From contig JAYPIC010000054.1 in NCBI GenBank assembly GCA_038127595.1, positions 1 through 11,397 on the forward strand: a DNA stretch of 11,397 bases, in the 5' to 3' direction. A program made the translations under genes and the position numbers. The notes under the pieces are model-generated. The model searched no databases, had not been told where the DNA came from, and saw only the letters and a program-made list of their open reading frames with translations. This stretch comes from a bacterium. GTDB taxonomy: Bacteria; Fidelibacterota; Marinisomatia; Marinisomatales; UBA1611. Below, one piece after another: positions 9,701 through 11,397 of the stretch (position 1 is its first letter; every line of letters starts with the position of its first letter).

Positions 9701-9745
9701 ACAGAAAATAGTAACATTATATTTAGCTTTAATCGTGCAATTTAA
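6743..9745 (+). CDS. Secreted M1-family zinc aminopeptidase-like protein with a C-terminal putative outer-membrane beta-barrel
   Basis: Signal peptide followed by YWQQ; GGMEYP exopeptidase motif (7763); HEIGH-x18-E zinc motif (7823 onward); AYTKP tyrosine. The C-terminal ~370 aa show amphipathic beta strands and the motifs GNLRAF, LFFDAG, AGIGFRF and PVYLRVDLP. Confidence 0.88.
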   Translation: MPRLFKNLLHCIWFNLSFIIASDQYWQQSVDYEMNVTLIDSVRQLACSSTIMYKNNSPDELNDIFIHLYPNAFQLGSVKSRDYLNGYGRESRAAYFKDGLDGYESKIHVRNLTIAKNDNFISDNFKIDDTVLRAKLKQPLLPGEKLRIDIDWNHHVGGMVERAGYYEGQYNMAQWYPKVAVYDKEGWHADPFHAEGEFYGEFGNFKVTFELPAKYIIGASGVVTKGDPGWNMVKVDSSIDFQDWFENFEKNYIEPDSLKTRTVEFLAENVHDFAWVASPNFLYEHGRYKDIDVHVLYNRVNAYDWNRVVRERSVRALKWLTEKFGEYSYPQVTNTDRLKSGGMEYPMLIMDGSDSESLILHEIGHIWFYGILGNNELDEAWIDEGFTTAQTRDYMMDRYGTIGFDWQSDEWTDKYQRKFWSFNNKLHNDQWSSINYILSGYDEPISRKSYLFKNSTSYRQNAYTKPSLMLNELKYILGDSLYYLSVQDFYKKWELKHVDEEKFIESVEKVSGKEFDWFFDAWLHDTRVMDYSIQKWHAVKNDDGKYKVFLKIKNLGNRHMPQLVETEFYDGSTKRIWWENNYWNNEDEFIYDVSKKPVRLSLDPDAQSLDVDYRNNSTKLKRKITFDWPGMNYKPRDKIVYTWLPSLYYNNIDSYSPGLQIRKSYGSFENQIVKLNHSLEKDPSSKKHSFYWYYEGSFKPVHNYRNLKLNFKVFDQPGLKSLKLEMNKTRFTNGYRSKPKQNYKLGFYVQSNVDTQKTNLFAPGKLSSVYFNHLMKSNYFEFETDISNSLSPFSKWDFSKISFTIKFKRAQSFSSENIFRYFTGFTHAGIRSRSFLGKIWHHGQKLPTQVSFKIAGNQSRSMYEKSYLRSENSFFGFKNLNEKYHLPSDGNLRAFIYDNYSSDKLATFSSEMYFLNKKVNSNGYFENRLINSEVALFFDAGVFNRFDKIEKLANAGIGFRFSSVVLNKPVYLRVDLPLIIIQDEKITENSNIIFSFNRAI

Positions 9746-9868
9746 TCTGCCATAAAATTTTTATTTATTCTCATAAAAACAATTGAATAAAAGGTCAGAG
9801 GCACTAAATTCTATTTCTATATTATAGCAAAAAAGTTTTTTTAGAAAAATCATTACAATTTTACCTTT

Positions 9869-9873
9869 GGAGG
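9869..9873 (+). promoter_or_regulatory. Shine-Dalgarno GGAGG for the GTG-initiated gene at 9880
   Basis: TTTGGAGGAAAATC-GTG, 6-nt spacer. Confidence 0.8.
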
Positions 9874-9879
9874 AAAATC

Positions 9880-11397
9880 GTGAAATTTAAATTAGCATTT
9901 TTAATTTGTTTTTTAACTAATGTTATTTTTTCGCAGGAAATATGCCCTGTTGAAAATGTTAGCGTTTTTGGTGGAGATAGTCAGAATATTGTTTCCTGGG
10001 ATGAACCAGCTAACCCTTTTGTTTCAACTTTCACCCTAGAACTAACTACTGATACCTATGGATATGAAACTTCATGGGATTTGGTAGATCAATTTGGTAC
10101 AATAATAGCAGAGGGACCGTCTGATGGTGATTTCTCAAGCAACGAGGTTTATACTTGGGAATTTGACATAGAACCTGGCACATACGTTTTTACAATTTAT
10201 GATTCTTATGGAGATGGTCTTTATGATGGAGCTGGGTTTACGATTTGGATCGATGGCGTGATGGTCCACGAGTTTTTAGGAAGTACAACAGACCAAGAAG
10301 ATAATTTTGAGGAATATCAGGTTTCAATAAATACAGATCAAGGTTGGTTTGGTATAACTTCACAAACCTACACCGAAAATGTTCCTTTTGAGAAAGGACA
10401 ATACATCACTGAAGAAATGGTTGAAAACCTTACCTCAAGTGAGGTCAAAAAAGTATCGACCGGTTCGTTTAATTTGCAAAGACCTGTGCCTGAAGGTTGT
10501 GGAGATTTTGTTACTTACAGAGTTTATCAGCAAAATGGTACTGTCATTGGTAATACTACCGATTTAGAATTTGCTCACACTGGCATTACTAATGGCACTG
10601 AGTATTGTTATTATGTCTCCGCTGTTTACGATGTTGATGGCGTAGAAACTGTTTCTGAAGCTAGTAATATTGCGTGTGGCACCCCAGAAGAATGGGTTGC
10701 TGCTGCTCCGTCTAATCTAATGTCTTTTCCAGCAGATGAGGAAGTTCTACTAATTTGGCAAGGACCAGGCGGCGGTGGCGGCGGCGGTGATGGAACTGAA
10801 GGTGATAATATGGATAATCCATTTGTTATCACTGCCCTTCCATTTTCTGCTGAGGGTACTACAGTTGGTTTTGAGGATGATTACGATGAGGTTTGTCCTT
10901 ATTCAAATTCAGCTTCGCCAGATGTGGTGTATATGTTTACGAGTTCTGGTGCTACTTATGACTTTAGTTTATGTACAAACACAGCATATGACTCAAAAAT
11001 CTACATCCTAGATGCTACTGGTAATGTTGTTATCACTGATGCAACAACTTACGGAATAGCTTGTAATGACGATGCATGCTCAACACCTTCTTTTACGAGC
11101 CCTTATGTATCAGAATTGCCAGGTATTAATTTAGATGCTGGTTTATATTATGTTGTTGTTGATGGTTATGGTAGTAATGATGGTACATATACGCTAGACA
11201 TCAATCTTTCAGCTCAGCAAAATTATCAGGAACCAGTAACATCCAATAATCAAAGCAGAAATGAATATGATTTTCTAGGCTATAATGTTTATGTAGGCGA
11301 TGCGCTTCAAAATTTCGAACCAATTGAAAGCACTAGTTATACGGTAACAGGGTTGCAAAATGGTGTTCAATATACTTTTGGCGTTGTTGCTGTCTAT
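9880..11397 (+). CDS. Large secreted acidic multidomain protein with split FN3-like modules and inserted domains; truncated by the right edge and absent from the ORF track
   Basis: Hand translation gives 506 codons without a stop, starting MKFKLAFLICFLTNVIFS|QEICPVENVSV. FN3-like half motifs include VSWDEP, TYRVY...TNGTEYCYYVSAVY, APSNL...LLIWQGP and LGYNVY...TGLQNGVQYTFGVVAVY. Strong SD upstream. Confidence 0.92.
   Translation, partial: MKFKLAFLICFLTNVIFSQEICPVENVSVFGGDSQNIVSWDEPANPFVSTFTLELTTDTYGYETSWDLVDQFGTIIAEGPSDGDFSSNEVYTWEFDIEPGTYVFTIYDSYGDGLYDGAGFTIWIDGVMVHEFLGSTTDQEDNFEEYQVSINTDQGWFGITSQTYTENVPFEKGQYITEEMVENLTSSEVKKVSTGSFNLQRPVPEGCGDFVTYRVYQQNGTVIGNTTDLEFAHTGITNGTEYCYYVSAVYDVDGVETVSEASNIACGTPEEWVAAAPSNLMSFPADEEVLLIWQGPGGGGGGGDGTEGDNMDNPFVITALPFSAEGTTVGFEDDYDEVCPYSNSASPDVVYMFTSSGATYDFSLCTNTAYDSKIYILDATGNVVITDATTYGIACNDDACSTPSFTSPYVSELPGINLDAGLYYVVVDGYGSNDGTYTLDINLSAQQNYQEPVTSNNQSRNEYDFLGYNVYVGDALQNFEPIESTSYTVTGLQNGVQYTFGVVAVY
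10768..10788 (+). repeat. (GGY)7 trinucleotide run encoding a Gly7 linker
   Basis: GGC GGC GGT GGC GGC GGC GGT, in frame within the 9880 gene. Confidence 0.9.

Noticed and set aside
9746..9800. Intrinsic terminator after the M1 peptidase gene
   Set aside because: Only weak AT-rich pairing (TTTATTC/GAATAAA), with no compact GC stem followed by a U tract.
10379..11011. ORF-track calls 10379..10567, 10626..10832 (poly-Pro) and 10775..11011
   Set aside because: These are shadows of the real GTG-initiated gene at 9880. The poly-Pro is the antisense reading of the Gly7 run.

Overview
AT-rich bacterial chromosomal window, probably from an FCB-group organism such as a marine Marinisomatota/SAR406-like lineage (inferred from gene style only). 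It opens with the 3' part of a truncated hypothetical gene and a GNAT-like gene on the minus strand. A tightly packed plus-strand run follows: pyrF, pyrE, lipoprotein cyclophilin, patatin, three-domain DsbD, lipoprotein TlpA, and a 1000-aa secreted M1 metallopeptidase whose C-terminus carries Omp85-like beta-barrel signatures. The ORF track misses the last gene, which starts at GTG 9880 and is open for 506 codons to the window end. It encodes a very acidic, Cys-paired secreted protein of split fibronectin-III-like units, each interrupted by a different inserted domain, resembling gingipain adhesin architecture. Non-coding signals include a probably leaderless pyrF start, a 9-bp inverted repeat over the GNAT start codon, and an 11-bp motif shared by both large intergenic regions. 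No RNA genes, CRISPR arrays or mobile elements were seen.
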